Positions 49,575 to 61,676 of a DNA stretch of 64,000 nucleotides are shown in pieces. Numbering within the stretch: position 1 is the first letter of the stretch; each line of letters starts with the position of its first letter. The stretch spans positions 55,616,001 to 55,680,000 of the forward strand of contig NC_086097.1 in the NCBI RefSeq assembly GCF_963921235.1, in the 5' to 3' direction. The translations under genes were made by a program, and so were the position numbers. The DNA comes from Mobula hypostoma (Eukaryota). A model generated the notes under the pieces. That model saw only the letters and a program-made list of their open reading frames with translations. It was not told where the DNA came from and ran no database searches.

Positions 49575-50040
49575 CAGCGGATCCAGGGGAAGTTTACGAG
49601 AATGGTTCCTGGAAGGGTTAATGTATGAGGAATGTTTGATAGCTCTAGGCTTGTACTCGCTGGTGTTTAGAAGAATTGGAGGGGGGGTGTTCACATTGAA
49701 ACGTATCGAATGTTGAAAGGTCTAGATGGAGTGGATGTGGAGATGATGTTTCCTATAGTGGGGGAGTCTAGGACCAGAAGGCACAGCATTAGAATAGAGG
49801 GACGAGTATTTAGAATGGAGATGAGGAGGAATTTCAGAGGGTGGTGAATCTGTGGAATTCTTTATCACAGGTGGCTGTTGGGACCTATTCATTGGTGATA
49901 ATTTCTTGTTTAGTAGGAGCACCAAAGGCTATGGGGTGAAGGCAGGAGAACGGGGTTGAAAGGGATAATAAATCAGCCATGATGGAATATCAGAGTAGAA
50001 TGGCCTAATTCTGCTCCTATGTGTCTTACAGTCTAAGGTC
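49575..50040 (+). mobile_element. CR1 3' fragment
   Basis: YEECLIALGLYSL...LKGLDGVDVEMMFP, and a 3' UTR with ggcctaattctgctcct. Confidence 0.85.
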
Positions 50041-51079
50041 TCAAAGGTTGGCCTCATTATGGCATCTGCCTCAGAAATTACCTTGATGAATGTGAGGAAA
50101 GAAAATGGACGACATTGATCATTTCAGCAAATTAATCTTCAGTGTCATAGCAAGGCTCAAAGTTACGTTTGGAAAGACTGTTGGTATTAACACAGGTGGG
50201 GCATGGCCAAAGAAAATGTGGCGAACAGAATAACGGAGCAAAATGAATGAGCACTAATATAAAACAAAAACACTAATATAAAGGAATCTAAGTGTGACAG
50301 ATGCTACACAAGATGACACACATTGCAAGAAAAAAGACATTATTAAAATTTACAGAGATTAATCTTCATTTTATGCCATGATTTTTACTAGGAAATAACT
50401 GACTTGAGTGATTAATAGCTTGATGCATCAGTGGTTCTAATCACAGGAATATCAATTTTAATACAAGATTGCATAAACATTTTCCAATCATTTTTCAATC
50501 TGGACAACACCTTTAAAGTTTTTAATTTTAAAATCATCTCATGTGGCACTATTACTCTAAGTAATCCAGAAACATAACTTCATGGAGCCATTTTATTTTT
50601 GAATCTTAAAGTAGCATGGACATATCAAAATATCCAAATAACAATTCAGCATAATCCTTTTTTTAGCAGAGAGTCTAAAATTCTTATCTATACTTGTAAA
50701 TAGCATAATGTTTCATTCCTTTCTTTTCAGGCGCCTTCTTCACACAAATTCCACGCCTCCCTCACCACAACCTCTCAGACTTGCCATTCCTTTGTCTCTT
50801 TTTCAGTTTCCCACTCTTTCGCCTTTGTTTCCTAGATATGTCTCCTCCTCTAAGATTCTCTGAAATTTATATCCTTGAGCAAACTGATTTCTCACTTTTT
50901 TTCTTAAAGCTTCAATAGGTCAGCATCCTAACCTAAGAGACTATATATCTGTAAAACAACTTTAGGATGCAGTTTATTTTTTTAAGTTTCAAAGTTCAAA
51001 GTAAATTTATTATCAAAGTAACACACACAAGAAATGCTGGTGAATGCAGCAGGCCAGGCAGCATCTCTAGGAAGAGGTA

Positions 51080-51117
51080 CAGTTGACGTTTCGGGCCGAG
51101 ACCCTTCGTCAGGACTA
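51080..51117 (-). ncRNA. Type I hammerhead motif with one stem I mismatch
   Basis: Minus strand TAGTC-CTGACGA-AGGGTCTCGGCCC-GAAAC-GTC-AACTG. Confidence 0.6.
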
Positions 51118-51899
51118 ACTGAAAGAAGAGCTAGTAAGAGATTTGAAAGTGGGAGGGCGAGGGGGAGATCCAAAATGATAGGAGAAGTCAGGAGGGGAGG
51201 GATGGAGCCAAGAGCTGGAAAGTTGATTGGCAAAAGGGATACAAGGTTGGAGAAGGGAGAGGATCATGGGACGGGAGGCCTAGGAAGAAAGAAAGGGGGA
51301 GGGGAGACCAGAGGTTGGGCAAGGAGTTATAGCGAGAGGGACAGAGGGAGAAAAAAGAGTGAAAATAATAATAATAATACATAAGTAAATAAGGGATGGG
51401 GTACGAAGGGGAGATGGGGCATTAACGGAAGTTAGAGAAGTCAGTGTTCATGCCATCAGGTTGGAAGCTACCCAGACGGAATATAAGGTGTTGTTCCTCC
51501 AACCTGAGTGTGGCTTCATCTTGACAGTAGAGAAGGCCGTGGGTAGACATATCAGAATGGGAATGAAACGTGGAATTAAAATGTGTGGCCATCCCTTCCC
51601 ACTGATCTCCCTCCTGGCACTTATCCTTGTAAGCGGAACAAGTGCTACACATGCCCTTACACTTCCTCCCTCACCACCATTCAGGGCCCCAGACAGTCCT
51701 TCCAGGTGAGGCAACGGGTGATATACTGTGTCCTGTCCCATGATCCTCTCCCTTCTCCAGCCTCCAGCCTCCAGCCTTCCTTTTGCCAATCAACTTTCCA
51801 GCTCTTGGCTCCATCCCTCCCTCTCCTGTCTTCTCCTATCATTTCAGATCTCCCCCTGCCCCTCCCACTTTCAAATCTCTTACTATCTCTTCTTTCAGT

Positions 51900-51937
51900 T
51901 AGTCCTGACGAAGGGTCTCGGCCCGAAACGTCGACTG
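51900..51937 (+). ncRNA. Type I hammerhead ribozyme motif
   Basis: TAGTC (51900-51904) pairs with GACTG (51933-51937). Core CTGACGA at 51905-51911; stem II GGGT-CTCG-GCCC; GAAAC; predicted cleavage after GUC at 51932. Confidence 0.72.
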
Positions 51938-52052
51938 TACCTCTTCCTATAGATGCTGCCTGGCCTGTCGCGTTCACCAGCACTTTTTGTGTGTGTTGCT
52001 TGAATTTCCAGCACCCGCAGACTTCCTCGTGTTTGCGTTATTATCAAAGTAA

Positions 52053-52230
52053 TACAGTTAATGGGGACACATTGGAACCAGTACATTTTGGGCCAATTAG
52101 CTGAAGTTTCATGGAAATACTGTAGTTAAAAAGGTATTAAAAAAAAGGCAAACTACAATATCTGAGTAACAAATCGTGTATTTAAATGGAATACAGAACA
52201 AATTAGAACACTACCAATACTACTAATTGT
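52053..52230. mobile_element. Possible pogo/Tigger-like MITE fragment
   Basis: Begins ta-cagt...ttaatggggacacattggaaccagtacattttgggccaattag, resembling Tigger-type termini. No second TIR seen. Confidence 0.35.
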
Positions 52231-52408
52231 CTATCATATCCGAAACCTGTGCGGGAGAGTTTTAAAATAGAAAAGATGTTCACTGGGCAGTTCCACTCTC
52301 TTGCCCTCAGAGGTCCGGGCCCAGTGGGACGAGTAGACGTCACAACTGGGGTCTTCCATGGTTGCCGTGCACTATAGCTTTGTTTAATAACTTTATGTGT
52401 AACATTTC

Positions 52409-52720
52409 ATTAGATTATGAGAACACTCAGTCCTCTTTTATTGTCATTTAGAAATGCATACATGCATTAAGAAATGATACAATGTTTCTCCAGAGTGATA
52501 TCACAGGACAGACCTAAGACTAACAAAGAACCACATAATTATAACATATAGTTACAGCAGTGCAAGGCAATACCATAATTTGATAAAGAGCAGACCATGG
52601 GCACAATAAAAAAAAGCCTAAAGTCCCGAGTCGATCGACTCCTGAGTCCACGATAGCAGGCGGCAAAAGGGAGAAACTCCCTGCCATAAACCTCCAGGCA
52701 CCGTCAACTTGCCGATACCT
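52409..52720 (-). mobile_element. Retroposon 3' end of the family also seen at 56719-56900 and 61596-61677
   Basis: attagattatgagaacactcagtcctc...tttattgtc...ccacataattataacata is shared with 56736-56886. 52540-52625 is the reverse complement of 61596-61677. Confidence 0.7.
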
Positions 52721-52884
52721 TATAGTTGGCTTTCTATGACCCATCAACTTTCTAGTAGTTTTTTTGGTTTTTAGTAACTTGTTATAAAAATATCACTAGC
52801 AATCCTGTCATTTAGTGTTCATCTTAGTTGCTCTATATAAAATGATGCTGGGCTTGACTCCCAAGACAGATACTCCTATTCTGA

Positions 52885-53210
52885 GCTTTGTCAGGCAGGT
52901 AGAGGAAAAGGTTCAAGGATGTGCTTCTTGTCTCATTCCCAATGACTCAAAAATCACTGGCCCATGACCACTCAAAGTGGGATAACTTTGAGGACTTTGA
53001 GTTCTAACACCAGGAGCATATGGAAGCCCTGTATAAAGAGCAGGAGTGAATCATCTCATCAACTATTTACCTGTCCATCTGCCCTTTCAGGCACCTGATA
53101 CCCCATCTGTGGAGAGGTCTACAGTTAATACAATGGCGTCACTGTAAACTCAGAGAAACAGAGTGAAAGTAAGTCATCTTCAGTCCTGAGGGACTGCCCG
53201 TGAAGGCAAG
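52885..53210 (+). mobile_element. RTE-like LINE 3' end, old
   Basis: RKRFKDVL, SLAHDHSKW and PICGEV remnants. Terminal gtcctgagggactgcc hairpin. Confidence 0.5.
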
Positions 53211-53401
53211 CAAGTCACCTTCAGTCCAGTTGGTGTGAAACTGGGATCATTTATAGGTCAGTCAAGTACAGGAAGATTACTTCCTTAAAGGACTGTTCAA
53301 AAATAATAGGTCACCCAATTAAGAAGGAGAAAGCAGAGTTGATAAATATTTTCAAGCTCAAGGTTTAAGACTAGTTTTACTTTTCACATAGTTTTACTTT
53401 T

Positions 53402-54380
53402 CGCAGCTATTTACAATATAGATTAATGATTTAGATGAAGGGATTAAAAGTAACATTAGCAAACTTGTAGATGACACAAAGCTGGGTGGCAGTGTGAAAT
53501 GTGCAGAGGATGTTGAGATAATGCAGGATGACTTGGACAGATTGGGTGAGTGGGCAGATGCATGGCAGATGCAGTTTAATGTGGATAAATGTGAGGTTAT
53601 CCACTTTGGTGGCAAGAACAGGAAGACAGATTACTATGTGAATGGTGTCAAGTTAGGAAAAGGGGAAGTACAACGGGATATTGGTGTCCTTGTTCATCAG
53701 TCACTGAAAGTAAGCATGCAGGTACAGCAGGCAGTGAAGAAAGCTAATGGCGTGTTGGCCTTCATAACAAGGAGAGTTGAGTATAGGAGCAAAGAGGTCC
53801 TTCTGCAGTTGTACAGGGCCCTGGTGAGACCACACCTGGAGTATTGTGTACAGTTTTGGTCTCCAAATTTGAGGAAGGACATTCTTGCTATTGAGGGAGT
53901 GCAGTGAAGGTTCACAAGGTTAATTCCCAGGATGGTGGGACTGTCATATGTTGAAAGATTGGAGCGAGCGACTGGGCTTGTATACTCTGGAATTTAGAAG
54001 GATGAGAGGGGAACTGATTGAAACATATAAGATTATTAAAGGATTGGACACGCTGGAGGCAGGAAGCATGCTCCCGATGTTGGGGGAGTCCAGAACCAGA
54101 GGCCACAGTTTAAGAATAAGGGGTAGATCATTTAGAACGGAGTTGAGGAAAAACTTTTTCACCCAGAGAGTTGTGGATCTGTGGAATGCTCTGCCTCAGA
54201 AGGCAGTGGAGGCCAGTTCTCTGGATGCTTTCAAGAAAGAGTTAGATAGAGCCAAGAGTCAAGGGATATGGGGAGAAGGCATGAAAGGGGTACTGATTGT
54301 GGATGATCAGCCGTGATCACAGTGAATGGCGGTGCTGGCTCGAAGGGCCGAATAGCCTACTCCTGCACCTATTGTCTATT
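53402..54380 (+). mobile_element. CR1 3' fragment
   Basis: LFTI*INDLDEG...LVDDTKLGG...HLEYCVQFWSP. Tail cctattgtctatt. Confidence 0.93.
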
Positions 54381-55590
54381 AGCAAATCAAACGTAGTGCA
54401 TTTACTTACATTTTGGTATTCCTTATAATGAGCATTTTGGAAATACAGTGCTCATCAAAGCCCCTCTTAAATGGCTCACATAAATAGTATCAACAAAGGA
54501 ATGTCTCAGATGACACAGGATGAAGTCGGCAAATGTAAAGGTAAATTCTATTCTCACGTTTTCACTGCTTGATTATGATCATTTACAGGAAATCACCATT
54601 AAGAAGGAAACAGTATCATAGAGACCTCATTATATTTGTCAGACATGGATGAGCCCCATGAGTGCAATGCGGTTTTTAATGTCAGTGAAAAGCTTTGCAA
54701 CTTTATATTTAAAATACATTGATATTCCCAAAAGACATTTGCTGAGGTGATAAATCTCCTGCACCTGTGTTTCTATATTGCTCAACGACACATGAACAAA
54801 TTGTCTTGGGGACACGTTAAGCACTAGGGTCATGGCACAAGATGTAATTAGTATGTCAGTGGATGCCATGCATTTTTAATAGCTGAGGAACTTACTGCAA
54901 TTCCAAAGAATTCTAGATAAAGAAAGCATGGAGCAACAGTGGCGGTGCCAGAGATTTTTTCTTGCTGGTGCCACGGAGGGGCTGAATTATTCAGTAATGG
55001 TGCTGAGGGATGTGCTGTATGGTTATATGCATTCGCAAGGCCAGACGTGTGGCCTTCAAAAGTCAGTTTCCAGCACTATGTGCCTACTATAAGTGCCTCT
55101 GTTGATTCACAAGCAACAGCAATTGATAGATCTAATATAGAATTGAACTGTGACAGTGTCAGCAGCATCGGAGACAAGCCGGGCTACACGGAGCATAAAC
55201 AAACAAACCAACTGAGCATCCGACCCACAGTGCACAATGTGAATCACGCACCAATCCCGCAATCAGCGTCAAATGCGTGCTTTTCAACTGAAAAACACAA
55301 CACTAACCCACAATGTCCACTGCTATTCACGTTACATAGACAGACAATGCCAAAAGATACATTGTGATTAAAGTCAAGTAAAGCAAACAACAGATGCAAG
55401 GCTTTACCAGGAGTTGGACAAATCGTACTCTGACCATGCAATACCTCAATTAGTTCAGCTACTGAATTTAAAACAAAAATCAACAGAATCACCGCTTGGA
55501 AGTCTAAGCAAAGCCAGTAGGCTTAATAGCAGTAAATGTAATATTTTAGGATTCGCAGGAAACATAAGGACTCTGGGGTATCCACGACAA

Positions 55591-55591
<1 letters not shown>

Positions 55592-55626
<35 letters not shown>
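55592..55626. repeat. (AAT)n microsatellite
   Basis: Direct run of about 11 AAT units. Confidence 0.95.
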
Positions 55627-56279
55627 CAGTATTAGTCTTGGCCCAAATTTTTAAAAAGTCAACTGCACTCACCATTGATGTTTTCAGAGAAGCACAATCT
55701 GTCTGTTGTTGTGATTGGTGGTGAAAGCATCAATGATTTTCTGGATGTCAAGTGCTTTGGTCCTCCAGCTGTTTATAGCCAACAGGGTCAAGTTGCTGTT
55801 CTGAGCATTGCCGCTGCATTTCCTCAGGTAGTTTTTGAGGTGTCTGAGACGAGAAACTCCATTTGCATGAGGCAGATGTCACAGGCAGAGTCAGTGATAT
55901 GCAGATTAGTTTGTACAAATCTATAAATGCATCGCGGTCGGGTCTCGTTAGAGCTAGAAATTCCACTGTTGCATTCATTGTCTGTCCTTGCTGTTGTTTT
56001 GTTTCCAGCAGACGCCGAACCTGATGTAGCTCTGCAGTCAGGTTCACTTCAATCACTCCATAGTATTGGGCCATTGGCCAAAGACAACCCTTGTCTAGGA
56101 AGAGCTTGCGTTTGGGACTCGGTGCTGAGACTCCAGTCAGAACACCCCCAGTCTCAATTGAGAACTGTCTTTTCATTTCAGTCAGCAGTCTGTCTATAAC
56201 CGGATAGAAACAGTGCTTGCGAAGGTCATCAGAGGATGTGAGAGGTGTGCGTTCAGTTTGGGCCTCAACAACAAAACCA

Positions 56280-56521
56280 TGTAGGGAGCGGGACTGAAGC
56301 ACCTTCAATAACTCCAAAAGACTGAAGTAGGGTAAATACTGAAAGGCTTTTATTCGCTGTACAATACGACCTCCATGGTGAGTGTCTGCCCCTGGACTGA
56401 GGGGGAGGGGCAAGGCGAAATCACCTTTATTCAGGGGTCTGTGGGAAGAGCTACGGGGCAGTCAGCAGAGGGGCGTGTCCAGACAGTTAACCCAGTTACA
56501 ACGTATATATGGTTTACCACA
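56280..56521 (-). mobile_element. Short solo LTR (242 bp) inside the transposase
   Basis: tgtaggg...ttaccaca termini and a minus-strand AATAAA near 56348. It interrupts the transposase between RRQAP and GFVVEA. No TSD is visible. Confidence 0.6.
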
Positions 56522-56718
56522 GGGGCCTGTCTCCTTTCATGTGGTCTACTCTGTATACCGGCCTTGACTCACAGGTCTCTAGCTCTGAATTTCACTCCAT
56601 GATTCCTCTCCCCGTTTTGCTGAGAGTGCATCAATAACAGACTGAGCCAAGTCCACAGCGGATAAAAGCTCCAAACTGGGAGATTGTAGCTGGTCTGACA
56701 TGAACTTGGTGACTCGGA

Positions 56719-56900
56719 ATAGATTAGATTAGAGTACATTAGATTATGAGGACACTCAGTCCTCATTTATTGTCAGTTAGAAATGCATGCATTAAAAAAT
56801 GATACAATGTTCCTCCAGTATGATATCACAAACACACAAGACAGACCAAGACTAAAACTGACAAAAACCACATAATTATAACATAGTTTATAATTATAAT
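56719..56900 (-). mobile_element. Retroposon 3' tail inserted in the hAT transposase
   Basis: Homologous to 52409-52555, with an (attag)n tail. Confidence 0.75.
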
Positions 56901-59439
56901 TATAAATCCTCAAACAGAGTGAGAAGTAAAGCAAACAGCTCGTCAATCAGTCCATTTACAGCTCTGGCCTCCGTTTTCCTCCGTGCATTTGGTTGACCCA
57001 TAATATCCTGTAGAATGGCAGGGAGTGATTTCCTTATAGCCCACAAAGCTGTATACTGCCATGCCCAGCATGTATCTGACAATTTCTTCAACTCCTCAGG
57101 CTGTGCAGTTGATTCCAGTTCTCTCTGTTTCTTCATGAAAAGGTCGTGGGCAACAGAGTTTGAAAAGAAGTTGTAAAGCAGCTGCACAGTTTCAAAAAAC
57201 TCACCCGCCCGCTGGTTGTACATTGCTCACAACATCCACTAAAACATGGTTAAGTCTGTGAGCATGACAGTGTATATATAATGCCTGTGGGGCCTCTTTT
57301 CTGAACCTCTCTTGTACTCTGTTTTTGCACCCAGACACCACTGCTGCCTCGTCATAACACTGACCTATACACGCGTTCTTATCAATAACACACTGGGCGA
57401 GTGTCTGTTCAATGCTTTTAAGAAGCGACTCTGCGTCCAACCCTTCTGCTGGAGTGAAGTGCAAGAAATCTTCTAGCACTGTTTCATTATTCAGATACCG
57501 CACCACCACTCATATTTGCTCCTTTTTACTCAAGTATTTACTTTCATCCATCATGGTGGCAAAATGTCCAACCTCCTTGATTTCTGCACTTATTTGACAT
57601 CTGACCATATCTGCCATAATACCCATAATTTCATTTTGGATATCGTGATGGGTGTTTTATGCATTTCCAGGATTGTTCTCTATTTTTTTAGCTACAGTCT
57701 TATCAAACGGCCCAATTACACTGAGCAACTCAACAAAGTTTCCCCTATTGCCAGATCCATCATCCTCCCGGAGTCCTCGCTGGGCAATGCCTTGGCACGC
57801 AGTATAGCATAGAGACTCAACCACTGCTCTCATATACTCACGATTTTCTTGGACAATCTTTGCATGTCCTTTGTCAAACATACTTCCCAATCTTGAACCA
57901 TCTTGTTTTCTCAATCTGAATTCGGCCCATGCCTCCATCGCAAACTTATGAGCTGCACTTACATGGTGGGTTTGAAAGCTGTTGTAGCTTTCCGCCAGTT
58001 GCAGTAACCGGTGACAGTGAAGGTAGACTCAGAATGGAACCCATGTCCTCCACACAGGAAATGCCTGCATGCGAAGCAGAACGTAGTATCTTTCGTGATC
58101 GAATATTCCAGCCAGTCAAACTAGCCACAAATAAAACTCCTTTGCTGATTGCCAAACTGTTGCGAGTAGTGAAGGGTACTTTCTCAATGCTGGCCGACTG
58201 GGTCCTTCCTCAGGCTGCTGGCTAACATCGCTAACAGTATTCCCACTAGCACTAAGAGCAGCTTCATTCACATTCCCTTCCGAATCCCGCTCCATTTCTT
58301 GTTCCTCTACTTCGCGCTCACACTCCTTCGATGAACTGCTGTCGTCCTCATCCCCACTTACTTCTTTCTGCATGTCACTTTCAATTAAGACAGGCTCGGG
58401 CTGAGACACCACTGATCCCTCTGGATGAGGTTGTTTCCTCACTAAAAATCGATCCATTTTTCATGCTGGCCAAAATAATGCACGTGCCAGGCCCACGCTA
58501 GCTTGTAAAAGCACAATGTGTGTGTGTGGTATCCATTAGTCTCGCGAGACCATGGATCTGCGCCTGGATCCTGCACAATGTATGTATACTATCAATCTCT
58601 CGCGTGAGTGAGTGTGAGTGACATCACCACCTGAAGTGATCTTAGATCAGCTTAACTGATCTGAGGACAGCAACGGCAAGACATTGACAATGAACGAATA
58701 AGCTGAAGTGTAGAGTGGATCTGACCTTAAACCAGCACAGTGTTTATAACTTTATTGCTGTGTGCGTGCTATGGTAATTGGGGGTGCTGTTTCACTAGAT
58801 CAACTGGAGAAACAAGCTGTATTCAAAACTATACAGAGAAAGCAAAGCAGCTGCAATTTGTATGTCAAATTTAGTTAATTTCTTGGTGGTGCTATGGTGG
58901 TGCTATTGTAATTATCTGCTGGTGCTATAGCACCAGCTGGCATCACCTCAGCGCCGCCCCTGTGGAGCAGGTATGTTCCCCGGTGCTTGTTAAATCTGAA
59001 TTTGTGCTGCATTCTTTCAGTAGAATCTCAGAAGGTATTTACCCCCATGCAAAGGAAAATGGAAGTAATAACAAAATATTTTTGGTCAAAGAAGTAAGAT
59101 TCTGACTAGGTAGACCATTAAGTAAAATTCCTGCAGAAATCTAGCCATCCATGTGTTGATCAATACATGGACTTCAATGATTCTGTGAATAATTGCAAAG
59201 GTGATTTTGGTCCTGCATTAAGATCATCAGAATTCTTGCTTAACATGATGCGCTAAGCTGGAGATAATTTCAATCATGATTTTGAATTGTCTTTCATTCA
59301 CCTTGCTGCTGGTTTGTCAAAATTTATTTAGAATTTATTCATTTAAGATCTCTCTGGTCTGTATAGCTTATGAAACTGTTAGGAGGAATGATCTGAAGTA
59401 TTTATTAACATATTTCTCAGACCAATAATTTCAACAGGA

Positions 59440-60952
59440 ATTTACGACAAGTATGGTGGCCAGGATTGCTCCAAGAAACGCTGATAATTCCATGATGTGG
59501 TCTATAAGTTACAGTGGGAGGTAGAGAAAGCGTGTTAAAAAGGCAGTTACATTATGCATGGGGAATTTCAATATGCAGGTAGATTGGGAATATCAAGTTG
59601 ATACTGGATCCCAAGAGAGAGAATTTGTGGAATGCCTCTGAGATGCTTTTTTGGAGCAGCTTGAGGTTGAACCCACTAGGGGATCAATAATTCTGGATTG
59701 GCTGTTTCGTAATGAACTGGATATAATTACTAAAGGAACCCTTAGGAAACAATAATAAATTCACCCTGCATTTTGAGAGAAAGAAGCTGAAGTCAGATGC
59801 ATCAGTATTTCAGTGGAGTAAAGGAAATTAAAGAGGCATGAGAGAGGACCTGGCTAAAGTTGATTGGAAGGGAACACCAGCAGTGATGAAGGCAGAGCAG
59901 CAATGGCTGGGGTTCCGGGAAGCAATTCGGAAGGCACAGGATTGATACATCCCAAAGAGGAAGAAGTATTCTTTAGGCAGATGATGCAACCATGGCTGAC
60001 AAGGGAAGTCAAAACCAACATAAAAGCAAAAGAGAGGGCATATAATAGAGCAAAAATTTGTGGGAAGTTAGAAGATATAGAAACTTTTAAAAACCAACAG
60101 AAGGCAACTAAAAAGAACATAAGGAGGAAAAGATGAAATATGAAAGTAAGCTAGCCAATAATATAAAAAATGATACCAAAAGTTTTTTCAGATATATAAA
60201 GTGTAAAAGAGAGGTGAGTGTAGATATTGGACTACTGGAAAATGACACTGCAGAGATAGTAATGGGGACAAAGAAATGGTGGCCAAACTGAATAAGTATT
60301 TTGCATCATTCTTCACTGTGTAAGATACTAGCAGTATGCTGGAAGATCAAATGTGTCAAGGGGTTGATATGAGTGCAGTTGCTGGTAGTAGGGAGATGGT
60401 GCTTGGGAAACTGAAAGATCTGAAGGTAGATAAGTTACCTGAACCTGATAGACTGTACCCCAGGTTTCCAAAAAAAAGGTAGCTGAAGAGATTGTGGAGC
60501 CATTCTTAAAGATCTTTCAAGAATCGATAGATTCTGGCATGGTTCTGGAAAATTGCAAACATCACTCCAGTCTTGCAAACATCACTCCAGTCTTCAGGAA
60601 GAGAGGGAGGCAGAAGAATGGGAATTATAGGCCAGTTAGCCTGACCTCAGTGGTTGGGAAGATGGAGTCAATTGTTAAGGATGAGGCTTTGGGGTACTTG
60701 GAGGCATATGACAAAGTAGACCAAAGTCAGCATGGTTTCCTTAAGGGAAAATCTTCCCTGAAAAATCTGTTTGAAGCAGGATAGACAAAGGAGAATTGGG
60801 GGATGTTGTGTATTTGGATTTTCAAAAGGTCATTGACAAAGTGCAACACGTGAGGCTGCTTAGCAAACTAAGAGCCCATTGTATTTCAGGAAAGATGTTA
60901 GCATAGATAAAGCTTTGACTGACTGGCAGGAAGCAAAGAGTGGGAATAAAGG
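59440..60952 (+). mobile_element. Decayed CR1 (EN to RT), 3' part missing
   Basis: QPWLTREVKTNIK and GNYRPVSLTSVVGK...SQHGFLKGKS. Ends at KQRVGIK. Confidence 0.85.
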
Positions 60953-61676
60953 TTAAGATGGTGCTACTGAAGGCGAGCAACTGCCTACTGGTAGTTAAAA
61001 AGTCAAGAATTGCAGCTAAAACATTATTACTAACACTTTTTCTGAAGTAAATTGTGTTAAGCTATCACCACAAACAATGAAGAGGTGAGCAGAGGTAAAG
61101 CTGATTTGAGGGATGAGCCTTGCAGGTCTGTTGCAAAGCTGAAGGGCAACAACGTGTTCGAGATGTGGTCGCAGACAGTCACGGTGTCACTCTCGGAAAT
61201 GGAGTCAGAGTGATTAATTCGGTGAGGAGGAGTCGAGCAGAGTAGTTTCGATGGCCGCCACCGAACCCGGATGCAAGGTTTGCTCTAAACGCCGAGCCAA
61301 TTTAGAGAGATTGAGTACGGCTTTGGGTTGGGCACTGAGGACCAGGCCTAGAGTATATCGCTGCACCCCTGGGTCCTAATGTGAAGCATGACCTGGTGTT
61401 TGGACAATTTAAACTCTGGCCCAGATAGATTGGAAAGGCAGGAATGTCAGTACTGGAGGTGAGGTTTGAGCCGATTTCACTTGCTCGCTTGCGATGTTCA
61501 TTCCTCTCTCCATGGCACTGAGGTTATGAGACTGCTGCGGCTGATGTGGTTTGTGTCTGCGAGCTTCGCAGCAATTTGCCCCACTTTCGAGAGACTTTGA
61601 GACTTTTTTTACCGAGCCCATGGTCTGTTCTTCTATCAAATTACGGTATTGCTTGCACTGTTGTAACTATATGTTA
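60953..61676 (+). mobile_element. Non-autonomous retroposon-like sequence (unclassified), interrupted by the young CR1
   Basis: Starts aagatggtgc, is CpG-richer than its flanks, and ends in the 3' UTR family seen at 52409-52720. Confidence 0.45.

Larger units (their letters stand above)
51022..52037. mobile_element. Penelope-like inverted (fold-back) insertion in a Rex tail remnant (50984-51021)
   Basis: Minus copy 51022-51590 plus sense copy ~51589-52037. 15-bp TSD ttattatcaaagtaa (51007-51021 / 52038-52052). Confidence 0.92.
55684..58457 (-). pseudogene. hAT transposase pseudogene
   Basis: MDRFL start; DWLEYS...FCFACRHF (TTF-type zinc finger); QGIAQRG...NRGNFVELL (DUF4371-like); MMDES and GQCYD (catalytic Asp residues); YIHCHAHRLN; LTLPVTSASCKWSFS (catalytic Glu changed to Lys). 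Frameshifts and two insertions. Confidence 0.9.
54937..58962 (-). mobile_element. Full-span hAT DNA transposon (Tip100/ZMYM1-like transposase), decayed
   Basis: TIRs CAGTGGCGGTGC / GCGCCGCCCCTG (10/12 match) and an 8-bp TSD tggagcaa / tggagcag (54929-54936 / 58963-58970). Transposase on the minus strand. Confidence 0.92.

Noticed and set aside
50730..50900. Exon: plus-strand acceptor at 50730, or minus-strand basic peptide RKQRRKSGKLKKR
   Set aside because: No consistent frame or donor. The purine/pyrimidine skew fits a decayed LINE (L2-like) 3' region.
55414..55635. Poly-Asn protein
   Set aside because: Translation of the (AAT)n repeat in the hAT 3' region.
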